DNA from: Bacteroidales bacterium
GTDB lineage: Bacteria; Bacteroidota; Bacteroidia; Bacteroidales; JAGOPY01
DNA: 41,865 bases
Assembly: GCA_046484945.1 (NCBI GenBank)
Contig: JAWOHY010000198.1
Location: 1-41,865 of the forward strand
Direction of reading: 5' to 3'
Positions 28,614 to 37,273 of this stretch are shown in pieces (the stretch's first letter is position 1; each line of letters opens with the position of its first letter). The translations under genes were made by a program, and so were the position numbers. The notes beneath the pieces were generated by a model. It did not search any database, was not told where the DNA came from, and worked only from the letters and a program-made list of their open reading frames with translations.

Positions 28614-28964
28614 AGTGTTGAGGTTTAGGGTTTAAGGTTTAAGTTCGGGAATTTTTTTAACAGAGTGGGTATATTTTTCATTTTTCTGGATTAATAGATA
28701 AAATCCATGAATTATGAAAGAAAGTATTGTTGGTGGTAAAGCATATTTTTATACAATGAGTATTATTCCGCTCTATCAAAAAATGTTACAACTTTCAAGA
28801 CCTTCTCAAAGAGATCGATGAAATCATTAAAATGCTAACAAAAATTGTTAAAACCACAAAATCTCAAGAAATAAAATAATAGCCCGAACCTAAACCTTAA
28901 CCCTTAAACCTCAACACTTTAAAATATTCCCCCACTTAAACCTTAAACCTTAAACCTTAAACCT
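28614..28964. mobile_element. Repeat-flanked four-helix-bundle cassette 1 (defective)
   Basis: 36-bp inverted arms 28614-28649 and 28883-28918 (33/36) made of GGTTTAA units; extra (CTTAAAC)n array about 28935-28964; AT-rich interior carrying a gene remnant. Mobility is inferred, not shown. Confidence 0.65.
28714..28879 (+). pseudogene. Internally deleted four-helix-bundle (23S rRNA IVP family) gene
   Basis: ATG 28714 gives MKESIVGGKAYFYTMSIIPLYQKM (family N-terminus). The +1 frame gives FQDLLKEIDEIIKMLTKIVKTTKSQEIK* (family C-terminus). The central Q..RS..S..AN..E core is missing. Confidence 0.75.
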
Positions 28965-28965
28965 A

Positions 28966-29670
28966 TCATGCAAGCCCTTTTACCCTCGGAATGCCGGGGA
29001 TAAAGTCCTTCAGGTAAAACGGTTCGAAGTAGGCCGTGTTTTCGAATTGCTGCCGGCGAAACTTCTCTTCCGCCAGGGGGATCATGAATTTGGCGGAAGG
29101 GCGGAAATCATCCAGGAAGACAGCATTGGGATGGTTTTGCAGCAGGGGCTTGCATTTTGCCGCACCATCGCCTGCAAAAACGACCGTATGATCCCTGAGT
29201 TCTTCCGTGAAGGATTCTTCCGTAATGATCTCGGCGAGGATTTCCCGGACGGGATGGAGTCCCTGGTCGTAAAGGGCACTGTAAACTTCCATCCGTTTCG
29301 CATCGATCATCGGGCAGAAGAGGGATGGAGTCCCTGTTGGCAGGGACTCCATCCCTGCCATCCCCGCCGCCATAGCCTGTAGCGTACCAATGGCAATCAA
29401 CGGTTTATCCAGCGCATAGCAAATACCTTTGGCGGTGGAAACACCAATCCGCAAACCGGTATAGGACCCCGGCCCCATGCTGACCGATACGGCGTCGAGT
29501 GAGATAAATGGCCAGCCGCTTTCACGCATCATCTCTTCGATAAAAACGGTGACCACTGAGGAATGAATATTTTTCTGACTGCTTTCACGCAGAAATTTGA
29601 GCTGTCCTCTCTCCGACAGGGCTAGCGAGCAGACCTGGGTGGCTGTTTCAATATGTAAGATTCGGGGCAA
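28966..29670 (-). CDS. tsaB: tRNA threonylcarbamoyladenosine biosynthesis protein TsaB
   Basis: ILHIETATQVCS, GPGSYTGLRIG, PMIDAKRMEVY, FEPFYLKDF. Confidence 0.95.
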   Translation of the reverse strand: MPRILHIETATQVCSLALSERGQLKFLRESSQKNIHSSVVTVFIEEMMRESGWPFISLDAVSVSMGPGSYTGLRIGVSTAKGICYALDKPLIAIGTLQAMAAGMAGMESLPTGTPSLFCPMIDAKRMEVYSALYDQGLHPVREILAEIITEESFTEELRDHTVVFAGDGAAKCKPLLQNHPNAVFLDDFRPSAKFMIPLAEEKFRRQQFENTAYFEPFYLKDFIPGIPRVKGLA

Positions 29671-29699
29671 CTGAATGGCGTATAAATTATGGCTGGCGT

Positions 29700-31043
29700 T
29701 TACTTACTTTCTTCGGCATAAAGCTCCTTCTTGTCAACCACTCTGATCGCATCCCCGTTTTTGAGACGTCTTGATACCGCCCGGTAGGGCCCGGTGATCA
29801 CCTCCTGCCCCTCTTCCAGCCCTTCTGTGATCTGGATATAGGTATTGTCCTGAACGCCGGTTTTTACTTCTGTCATCAGCGCCTGGCCATCATCCACAAG
29901 AAATACATATTCTTTCACCTCGCTTTTCAAAGCGGCCACTTCGATGTTGGCATCTTCCTCCTTCACCAAACCTGTAGTGTCTGCCCTGGTGGTGACGGCC
30001 TGGATCGGCACGGTAAGGGCATCAAAAACTGTAGCCGTCTGTATATCCACTGTAGCCGACATGCCCGGCCGGAAAGGCGACCTGATCTTACCCGAAGGAT
30101 CAACCATGTCCAGGTAAGATTCAGGTAATATCCGCACTTTAACATTGAAATTGGTGATCTGATCGGCGCTTACCCCCAATGTGGTGGCCGATGTGGCGAT
30201 CTCCGTCACAATTCCCTTGAATTCCCGGTTCAGGTAGGCATCGACTTCAATCACGCAGGTATCATTTAATGAAACCCGAACAATATCATTCTCATTTACC
30301 TCCACATTCACCTCCATGTTATCCAGGTTGGCGATGCGCATGATCTCAGTACCGGCTGAGAATTGCGATGCCCCGGTTACCCGTTCTCCTTTTTCCACAT
30401 TCAACTTGGAGACCGAACCATCACTGGGGGAACGGACGGAAGTCTTGACCAGGTTCTCCTCCGCTTCGGCCAGCGAAGCTTTGGCGCTTTCAACACTGTA
30501 CTGGGCGCTCTTCAGGGTTTGCAAAGCCGCCTCCTGTTCCGCTTTGGCCACCTCGTAAGAAGATTTTGCAGCATCAAACTCCGCATCTGAAATCACCTTC
30601 TGCTCCCATAAAGTCTTGCTCCGGTTAAAACTCAGCTCCGCATTGCGAAACTGGGCCTCCACCTGTGCCACCCGGGCCTGTGCATTGGCCTCCGACGCCT
30701 TCTGTGAATTCAGCATGGCCTTCATCCGGTCGTAATTGGCCCGGTAAATCTCAGGATCGATCCTGGCTAAAAGGTCTCCCATTTTCACCTGATCGCCCTC
30801 CTTAACAAACAGTTCTATTACCTCCCCCGAAATATACGGGCTGATCTTGATATCTTTCTCGGGCTGTATCTTTCCATTGGCTGAAACAATCTCGACGATC
30901 GTCCGATCCTGGGCCTTCTCTGCGGTGACCTTAATCCCGCTGCGGTCACTGCCCTTGTTGATCGCCAGGATGACCAAGACTGTCACAATCAGTATGCCGG
31001 ATACAACCAGAATAACGTTCCTTCTTTTTTTCAGGAATTTCAT
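29700..31043 (-). CDS. Efflux RND/MacA-like periplasmic adaptor subunit
   Basis: N-terminal TM helix; lipoyl halves VKEGDQVKMGDLL and SPSDGSVSKLNVEKGE; coiled coil; RPGMSA. Confidence 0.9.
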   Translation of the reverse strand: MKFLKKRRNVILVVSGILIVTVLVILAINKGSDRSGIKVTAEKAQDRTIVEIVSANGKIQPEKDIKISPYISGEVIELFVKEGDQVKMGDLLARIDPEIYRANYDRMKAMLNSQKASEANAQARVAQVEAQFRNAELSFNRSKTLWEQKVISDAEFDAAKSSYEVAKAEQEAALQTLKSAQYSVESAKASLAEAEENLVKTSVRSPSDGSVSKLNVEKGERVTGASQFSAGTEIMRIANLDNMEVNVEVNENDIVRVSLNDTCVIEVDAYLNREFKGIVTEIATSATTLGVSADQITNFNVKVRILPESYLDMVDPSGKIRSPFRPGMSATVDIQTATVFDALTVPIQAVTTRADTTGLVKEEDANIEVAALKSEVKEYVFLVDDGQALMTEVKTGVQDNTYIQITEGLEEGQEVITGPYRAVSRRLKNGDAIRVVDKKELYAEESK

Positions 31044-31075
31044 GTTGATAAGATTGTCAGGTATTCTTAATGCTT

Positions 31076-31083
31076 CAAATGTA
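31076..31083 (-). promoter_or_regulatory. -7 promoter element (TACATTTG)
   Basis: TAnnTTTG on the minus strand upstream of the adaptor gene. Confidence 0.5.
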
Positions 31084-31133
31084 TGGATTTTTGAGAGATT
31101 TTATACTTTTATAGACTTAAAATCAATTTGAAA

Positions 31134-33509
31134 ATGAAAATATTTTTTCCTTGTAAACCTTACCTAAAGATAGGTGTCCGGATGTTGGCTATCGTTCTTT
31201 TTCTGATCCCCGTTATCTTCCTTTCCGCTGCAAAAGGCCAATTACGCAGTCCTTCCGGTAATTTTGACGCCATACATTATGAGATCCGCCTCCATGACAT
31301 CAACTTTGAAAGCCACGAATTACTTGCCACCACAACCGTTTGGCTCACACCCCTTTCCGGGCCGGTGAATGAAATCAGCCTCGATCTCATTGACTTGACC
31401 GTCACGGCCGTCTGGGTTGATGCAATGGAAGTTACAGATTTCTATCAAACCGATAGTTTGCTGAACATTCCTTTGACAACAACCCTGATACCCGGCGACA
31501 CGGCAGCGGTAAAAATTGATTACCATGGAATTCCCTTTCACGAAAGCTGGGGCGGATTTCATTTTTCGGGAGAATATGCATTTAACCTCGGCGTGGGGTT
31601 TGTCTCCATTCCCCACAACCTTGGAAAAAGCTGGTTCCCGTGCATCGACAATTTCACCGATCGGGCCACCTATGATGTTTTCTGCACCCTTCCGGAAGGA
31701 AAAATCGCTGTGGCCGGCGGCGTCCTGATGGATGAAACGGTGAATACCAACGGTACCATCACCTACCACTGGCAGCTGAACCAGCCGGTCCCTACCTATC
31801 TGGCATCCATCGCTGCCGGCGACTACACCGTGGTTCGCGATACCTTTGCAGGCATCAACGGCCAGGTGCCGATCGATTACTATGTCAGGCCGCAGGACGC
31901 CGGCAAAGTGGCGGGCACTTTCGTGAACCTGAAAGAGATCCTGGCCATATTCGAGGATTGCATGGGCCACTATTCATGGGACCGCGTGGGCTATACCAGC
32001 ACAGCCATCGGCGCCATGGAACATGCTACCAATATTTTCGTCCCGCACAGCACCATCAACGGCAATACCACTTATGAGTGGTTAATGGCTCATGAGCTTA
32101 CCCACATGTGGATGGGAGACAAGGTCACCTGCTCCTCGGCAGAAGAGATGTGGATCAACGAGGGGTGGGCCACCTTTTTCGGTTCTTACTATGTAATACC
32201 GCTTTACGGCAACGAGTCGGCCTTCCGGCAGGATATGCGGGGAAAGCACGGCAGCGTGCTGCAATTTTGCCATACCCCCTCCGGCGACGGTTCCTATTTC
32301 CCCCTCAACCAGATCCCGCAGGAATATACCTATGGCATGTCGGCATACGATCGCGGGGCCACCGTCGTGCAGGCCCTGCGATTCTACCTGGGCGACAGCC
32401 TGTTCTTCGAAACGCTGAAAGCCTTTATCGGTGAATTTGCCTTCCAGCCCGCATCATCCTATGACATGCGCGACTTCATGACATCCTATACCGGGATTGA
32501 CATGGCCGGCTTTTTCGACAATTTCGTGCTGAATTCCGGGACGCCGCATTATTCGATCGACTCATTCAACGTTTCCCGGGCAGAAAATGAATATGAAGTG
32601 GCCGTCCACATGAAACAGAAACGCAAAGGGCCGGCATTCACCGGCAATGGGAATATTGTCGAATTACTCTTCATGGATGATGACTGGAACCACTTTGCCG
32701 ATACGGTCCATTTCAGCGGTTCAGTGGGAGTTTCAGCGAAAATTGTCCCTTTTCATCCATCTGTAATCCTCGTTGATCCCGAAGAAGAGATGTTCGATGC
32801 CACTACCGATAATTATAAAACCATCAAAAACACCGGGGAGTATACATTCGAAAACACGTTTTGCAACATTGAAGTCGGACAGGTCATCGATTCCGTTTTC
32901 CTCCAGGTCACGCACAACTGGGCGCCCCCCGACAGCCTGAAGAATGCTGTTCCGGGCTTAAGGCTTTCCGATTACCGCTACTGGCGGATCGATGGTATCG
33001 TGCCGGAGGGATTTCAGGCTACGGGAAAATTTTTCTATTCAAGGAACAATTATCTCGACAATACCCTGATTGTCACCTCCGCCGATACACTGGTCATCCT
33101 TTACCGGCCAGGGACGGCAGACGACTGGCAGGAGATTCCCTTTGAACGCCTGGGCCCATGGAATATCGGGAACATCATCGTCCCTGAATTGAAAACAGGA
33201 GAATATACCCTCGCCGTGAAAGAAATGTCAGTCGGCGGCCTGGAAAACCCTTCGCCGGGAAAAAACCAACTGAAGATTTACCCAAATCCTTCATCCGATA
33301 CTTTTGAAATATCAGTTGAAATCGAAAGGGCTGGGGAGATCAGGATTGTCAATGAACAGGGACTTCTTGTGAAAAGTTTCACAATTACTTCTGAATTAGA
33401 ACACCGGACCTGGAACCCGGAAGGACTTGCGGCCGGGGTTTATTTTGTTTCATTATGGAAGGAAAACCTTTCCGGTCCATTGATACAGAAGGCGGTTTAT
33501 GTGAAATAA
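31134..33509 (+). CDS. M1 family zinc aminopeptidase with T9SS CTD
   Basis: GAMEH, HELTH-x18-E (INEG), AYDRGA Tyr, IYPNP...GVYFV CTD. Start uncertain (31128, 31134 or 31182). Confidence 0.9.
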   Translation: MKIFFPCKPYLKIGVRMLAIVLFLIPVIFLSAAKGQLRSPSGNFDAIHYEIRLHDINFESHELLATTTVWLTPLSGPVNEISLDLIDLTVTAVWVDAMEVTDFYQTDSLLNIPLTTTLIPGDTAAVKIDYHGIPFHESWGGFHFSGEYAFNLGVGFVSIPHNLGKSWFPCIDNFTDRATYDVFCTLPEGKIAVAGGVLMDETVNTNGTITYHWQLNQPVPTYLASIAAGDYTVVRDTFAGINGQVPIDYYVRPQDAGKVAGTFVNLKEILAIFEDCMGHYSWDRVGYTSTAIGAMEHATNIFVPHSTINGNTTYEWLMAHELTHMWMGDKVTCSSAEEMWINEGWATFFGSYYVIPLYGNESAFRQDMRGKHGSVLQFCHTPSGDGSYFPLNQIPQEYTYGMSAYDRGATVVQALRFYLGDSLFFETLKAFIGEFAFQPASSYDMRDFMTSYTGIDMAGFFDNFVLNSGTPHYSIDSFNVSRAENEYEVAVHMKQKRKGPAFTGNGNIVELLFMDDDWNHFADTVHFSGSVGVSAKIVPFHPSVILVDPEEEMFDATTDNYKTIKNTGEYTFENTFCNIEVGQVIDSVFLQVTHNWAPPDSLKNAVPGLRLSDYRYWRIDGIVPEGFQATGKFFYSRNNYLDNTLIVTSADTLVILYRPGTADDWQEIPFERLGPWNIGNIIVPELKTGEYTLAVKEMSVGGLENPSPGKNQLKIYPNPSSDTFEISVEIERAGEIRIVNEQGLLVKSFTITSELEHRTWNPEGLAAGVYFVSLWKENLSGPLIQKAVYVK

Positions 33510-33574
33510 AAAATCGTAGTCCCACTTTAGTGGCGGTACAATTTTTTTATTGCCTATTTTTGCTGCATTCTTTT

Positions 33575-34837
33575 ATGGCATCAAAGCGCTTCATCAAAAA
33601 CCTGGTCAAGTACCTCATTATTCCCGTCGGGTTTGCCATCGGGATGACGATGGCCATTGTCTGGTCATCCGGGAATATCGTGCATGCCCCCCGACTCAAT
33701 CCGAAATACGCTTTCCCGGTCGATAGCCTCTTTATCGATCTCGACAGGATCGCCATGGATAAAAAAGGGTACATGATCGACAGTGTCTTCACTGCGCTGC
33801 AATTGCGGGCGGGGTTCAATGGTACGGTGCTGTATTCCGAAAAGGGAAGGTTGGTATTTAAAAAGGCTTACGGCTACGAAGATTTTAAAACCAGGAAAAG
33901 GCTTACCACCCAATCGGCATTTCAGCTGGCTTCGGTATCGAAAATGTTCACAGCCGCTGCCATTATGATCCTCCGGGAGGAAGGGTTGCTGAACTATGAC
34001 GATTCACTTGAGCTTTATATCCCTGGCTTACCCTATCCGGGAGTCACGATACGGCACCTGCTGATCCACCGTTCCGGAATACCTGATTATATGTATTTTT
34101 CAGATGAACACTGGGGCCAGAAAAGGCCGATCAGTAACGATGACATGATTTGGATCATGCAGAAAAAAAAACCGCCGCGTTTCTTTTCAGCCGGAAACGG
34201 CTTCGATTATTGCAACTCCAATTATGCCCTGCTGGCATCGGTGGTGGAACATATCACAGGGAAAGCGTTTGGGGATTTTCTCCGGGAAAGGATCTTCGAT
34301 CCGCTAGACATGCATGATTCTTTTCTCTACCGCCTGGAACCCGGTGAGTCGGTCCCCAGGGCAGTGCCGGTGGGTGTCCCCGGGCATCGCACCTACCGCG
34401 GCAGGACCATCGTGGAACAAAATTTCTATCAAAACGGTGTAGTGGGCGATAAAGGGATCTATTCAACCGTTGAAGATCTTTTCAAATTCGATCAGGCGCT
34501 TTACAATGGTCTCCTGGTAAGTGAAGAAACCCTGATGGAGGCTTTTACCCCCGGCAGCCCCAGAAGGTCGAGGCACAGGGATAACTATGGTTTTGGCTGG
34601 CGCCTGAAGGCGGGACGGTCTAACACAATATACCATTATGGCTGGTGGAAAGGATTCCGCACCTATTTCATCCGCGATATGGAACAGGAAAAAACGATCA
34701 TCGTATTGACAAACACAACCCGTCTGCTTTCTTCTGGCAGACTATATGGGATCCTCGACAATCAACAGTTCGAACTCGGTCCCATTTCCGCCATCGATCC
34801 CAAAGGCAGCAGGAAGTCGTTAGTCGTCAGTCGTTAG
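33575..34837 (+). CDS. Serine hydrolase, beta-lactamase class C/PBP-like
   Basis: SVSK (SxxK), YCN, LLIHRSG, YHYGWW; TM helix after ATG 33575; promoter-like TATTTTTG at 33555-33562. Confidence 0.88.
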   Translation: MASKRFIKNLVKYLIIPVGFAIGMTMAIVWSSGNIVHAPRLNPKYAFPVDSLFIDLDRIAMDKKGYMIDSVFTALQLRAGFNGTVLYSEKGRLVFKKAYGYEDFKTRKRLTTQSAFQLASVSKMFTAAAIMILREEGLLNYDDSLELYIPGLPYPGVTIRHLLIHRSGIPDYMYFSDEHWGQKRPISNDDMIWIMQKKKPPRFFSAGNGFDYCNSNYALLASVVEHITGKAFGDFLRERIFDPLDMHDSFLYRLEPGESVPRAVPVGVPGHRTYRGRTIVEQNFYQNGVVGDKGIYSTVEDLFKFDQALYNGLLVSEETLMEAFTPGSPRRSRHRDNYGFGWRLKAGRSNTIYHYGWWKGFRTYFIRDMEQEKTIIVLTNTTRLLSSGRLYGILDNQQFELGPISAIDPKGSRKSLVVSR

Positions 34838-34877
34838 TCATCAAGAAACAAAAAACAAGAAACAAGAAACAAGAAAC
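34815..34877 (+). repeat. Composite heptamer array: AGTCGTT-type x4 then AAGAAAC-type x5
   Basis: agtcgtt agtcgtc agtcgtt agtcatc aagaaac aaaaaac aagaaac aagaaac aagaaac. Confidence 0.9.
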
Positions 34878-34883
34878 GCCCCC

Positions 34884-35594
34884 CTAAGGCAGCACCAGCT
34901 TAAACCCGATCCCGTGCACGTTCAGCAGCTCGATGGAGGGATCTTCCCTGAGGTATTTTCTGAGTTTGGTGATATAGACATCCATGCTGCGGGCATTGAA
35001 ATAGCTGTCGTCCTGCCAGATGCGGTTCAGCGCCACGCTGCGGTCAAGCACGTCGTTGGCATTCTCGCACAGCAGCCGCAACAATTCAGCCTCTTTCGAG
35101 GTAAGCTTGTTTTCGCCGGCGGGAGACGTGAGCAGCTGCCGGTTGTAATCGAAAGAAAGCCTGCCCAGCCTGTACACTGCGGTTTTGCTGTCAGTTCCTG
35201 CATTGTCGCTGACCCGGCGCAGGATGGCCTTCATCCGCATCAATAGCTCCTCCATGCTGAAGGGTTTTGTGATATAATCATCGCCCCCCAGTTCAAAGCC
35301 CCTGATCTTGTCCTCCTGCATGGATTTCGCGGTAAGGAAAAGAATGGGTATGCGCTTGTCCAGCTTCCGGATCTCCTGTGCCAGCGTAAATCCGTCTTTT
35401 ACCGGCATCATCACATCAACAATGCAAAAATCAAACTTCTTCTTGTTAAAAGCATCAAAGGCCTCCTTGCCGTTGATGCAGAGGGTCGTCTGGTAACCCT
35501 TGGCTTCCAGGTAAGCTTTCAGCACAGCCCCCAGGTTCCTGTCGTCTTCTGCCAGTAGTACTTTAAATTCTGCAGATTCCATAATGCCGGTCAT
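34884..35594 (-). CDS. rprY: OmpR-family response regulator RprY
   Basis: AEDD, DVMMP, FLTAK, DDYITKPFSMEEL and YFNARSMDVYITKLRK, as in Bacteroides RprY. Confidence 0.88.
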   Translation of the reverse strand: MTGIMESAEFKVLLAEDDRNLGAVLKAYLEAKGYQTTLCINGKEAFDAFNKKKFDFCIVDVMMPVKDGFTLAQEIRKLDKRIPILFLTAKSMQEDKIRGFELGGDDYITKPFSMEELLMRMKAILRRVSDNAGTDSKTAVYRLGRLSFDYNRQLLTSPAGENKLTSKEAELLRLLCENANDVLDRSVALNRIWQDDSYFNARSMDVYITKLRKYLREDPSIELLNVHGIGFKLVLP

Positions 35595-37012
35595 TCATGA
35601 TGATTGGGAAGGAAAACCTCGAACCGGGTTCCCTTCCTGAGTTCGCTCTCCAGCTTTACCGTTCCGCCATGCTTTTCCACCACTGTCTTCACATAACTTA
35701 ACCCCAACCCGAAGCCTTTGAAATTATGCATGTTACCCTCCGGAACCCGGTACAGCTTGTCAAATATTTTCTTCTGGTCACCCTTGCTGATCCCTATACC
35801 GTTATCTTCCACCGTAAAGACAACCCCGCCGGTCGCATCCCTTGTGGAAACCACAATGTGCGGCTTCACCGGGGAATACATATTGGCATTGTCCAGCAAA
35901 TTCTGCACTACATTGACCATATGCATCCGGTCGATGGCCAGGATGCTGTCGCTGGCCCTGAAATCCTTGATGATCTGCCCGTCTTTGATCTCCACCTGTA
36001 TGCTGATATTGCGGATAACATCCGAGAGAATGTCATGCAGATCGGCCTTTTCCTTGTGGAGCAGCAGCTCGCCCTTCTCCAGCGCCGCCGATTGCAGGAT
36101 CCGCTCTGCCATCAAACCCAGTCGCCGGTTTTCCTGGCTGATGATGCTAATATAACTCTTGTAAAGTTCCTCCGACTTCTGGATATCTTTGTCGTTCAAA
36201 GCTTCACAGGCCAGCGAAATGGTCGAGACAGGCGTCTTGAATTCATGCGTCATATTGTTGATGAAATCCGTTTTCAGCTCCGAAAGCCTCCCCTGACGGA
36301 AAAACATGATCAGGGTGTAGATAAAAGAAAGGATGATGATGACGACCAGGATTACGGAGATCGTAACAAGGGGCCAGATCTGGCCGATGAGGTACTGCTC
36401 TTTATTCGGAAAATACAGGAGAAGATAATCCGGGTACAGGTGCATATCGTCAGGATAAAGCTCAAAATGGAAACTCACATCAGGGTTGAGAAGCTCATCC
36501 CGGTAATGGCTTTCATCCAGGAACTGAAACCGTCCGCTTTGAGGATTATAAATGGCATATGCCCACTCCGTATCCGTTTTCCGTTGTCTGAACTCATGGG
36601 CCAGTAATGAATCCAGCAACCCGACGTCGACCACCTTCCGGTGATGCCGTTCATCCATCCGCAGCATCCGCTCTTCCAATAACTCCCGGGCAATGAAAAA
36701 CTTATTGAAGAAAACCTCAAGATCCTTTCGGGTGGCGATCATCTGCATTTCCTGGAGAAGGACCTGGTTGATCGAGTCAACCGCATGGATCGCATTTTTC
36801 TCATCCAGGAAGGCGGGTTCCTGGTACCGCTTGATCATATCTATCTTTTCCAGTGTCAGGATCACATCGTGCGCCACTTCATTGACCGTCCGGATGAAAT
36901 TATCCTGCCTGATCTTGTAAGCGCTGAAAATCCAATACCCCTGTATGGCCATCAGCCCGCCCAGAGCGATGGATAACATGACAATGGCTAAGAATATCAT
37001 GCGCCGTTTCAC
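35591..37012 (-). CDS. rprX: Sensor histidine kinase RprX-like
   Basis: Two TM helices; H-box FINNMTHEFKTP; NLLDNA, DNGIGI, GFGLGL; 4-nt overlap with rprY. Confidence 0.82.
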   Translation of the reverse strand: MKRRMIFLAIVMLSIALGGLMAIQGYWIFSAYKIRQDNFIRTVNEVAHDVILTLEKIDMIKRYQEPAFLDEKNAIHAVDSINQVLLQEMQMIATRKDLEVFFNKFFIARELLEERMLRMDERHHRKVVDVGLLDSLLAHEFRQRKTDTEWAYAIYNPQSGRFQFLDESHYRDELLNPDVSFHFELYPDDMHLYPDYLLLYFPNKEQYLIGQIWPLVTISVILVVIIILSFIYTLIMFFRQGRLSELKTDFINNMTHEFKTPVSTISLACEALNDKDIQKSEELYKSYISIISQENRRLGLMAERILQSAALEKGELLLHKEKADLHDILSDVIRNISIQVEIKDGQIIKDFRASDSILAIDRMHMVNVVQNLLDNANMYSPVKPHIVVSTRDATGGVVFTVEDNGIGISKGDQKKIFDKLYRVPEGNMHNFKGFGLGLSYVKTVVEKHGGTVKLESELRKGTRFEVFLPNHHE

Positions 37013-37051
37013 AATCCAAAATTACTGAATTATAGAGGAGTAGAAGGCCCT

Positions 37052-37086
37052 TTAACATATTTTAACTTTCCTTAAAGTTCGTTAAC
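37052..37086 (+). promoter_or_regulatory. Four TTAA(C) direct repeats at exact 10-bp spacing; candidate OmpR-family (RprY) binding site
   Basis: ttaac 37052, ttaac 37062, ttaaa 37072, ttaac 37082, lying between divergent promoters. Confidence 0.5.
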
Positions 37087-37120
37087 AGTTGGCAGGATTT
37101 TTGTATTGTACTTTTGTAAT

Positions 37121-37237
37121 GTACAACCTGCCCATATGAATCGCGGGTTATACTGCGCGAATAAAGTCTGATTCATAATTTTGGTTTTTGGTTTATTGGG
37201 GAGTGCGGTCCGTCATCTGGCGGACCGTACTTTTTTT
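37121..37237 (+). ncRNA. Candidate small RNA of about 115 nt
   Basis: TACTTTTG promoter at 37109-37116; strong terminator 37203-37237; pgi has its own promoter-like TATTTTCG at 37241. Confidence 0.5.
37203..37237 (+). terminator. Intrinsic terminator
   Basis: Stem gtgcggtccgtc / ggcggaccgtac with a 4-nt loop, followed by T7. Confidence 0.8.
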
Positions 37238-37273
37238 GCCTATTTTCGCAGCGAAATTCAAAATTGTGATCCC

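Noticed and set aside
28614-28964. Telomere-like (TTTAGGG) repeat or eukaryotic contamination
   Set aside because: Only one exact unit in the left arm; the consensus is GGTTTAA and the context is continuous bacterial sequence, so the resemblance is probably coincidental.
33516-33548. GTAG-preceded short palindrome (ccactttagtgg) as REP or terminator
   Set aside because: Single copy with a weak stem; cannot be distinguished from chance without a genome-wide search.
33575-34837. Antibiotic-resistance beta-lactamase
   Set aside because: SxxK/YxN motifs are shared by many esterases and peptidases; nothing indicates true AmpC activity.
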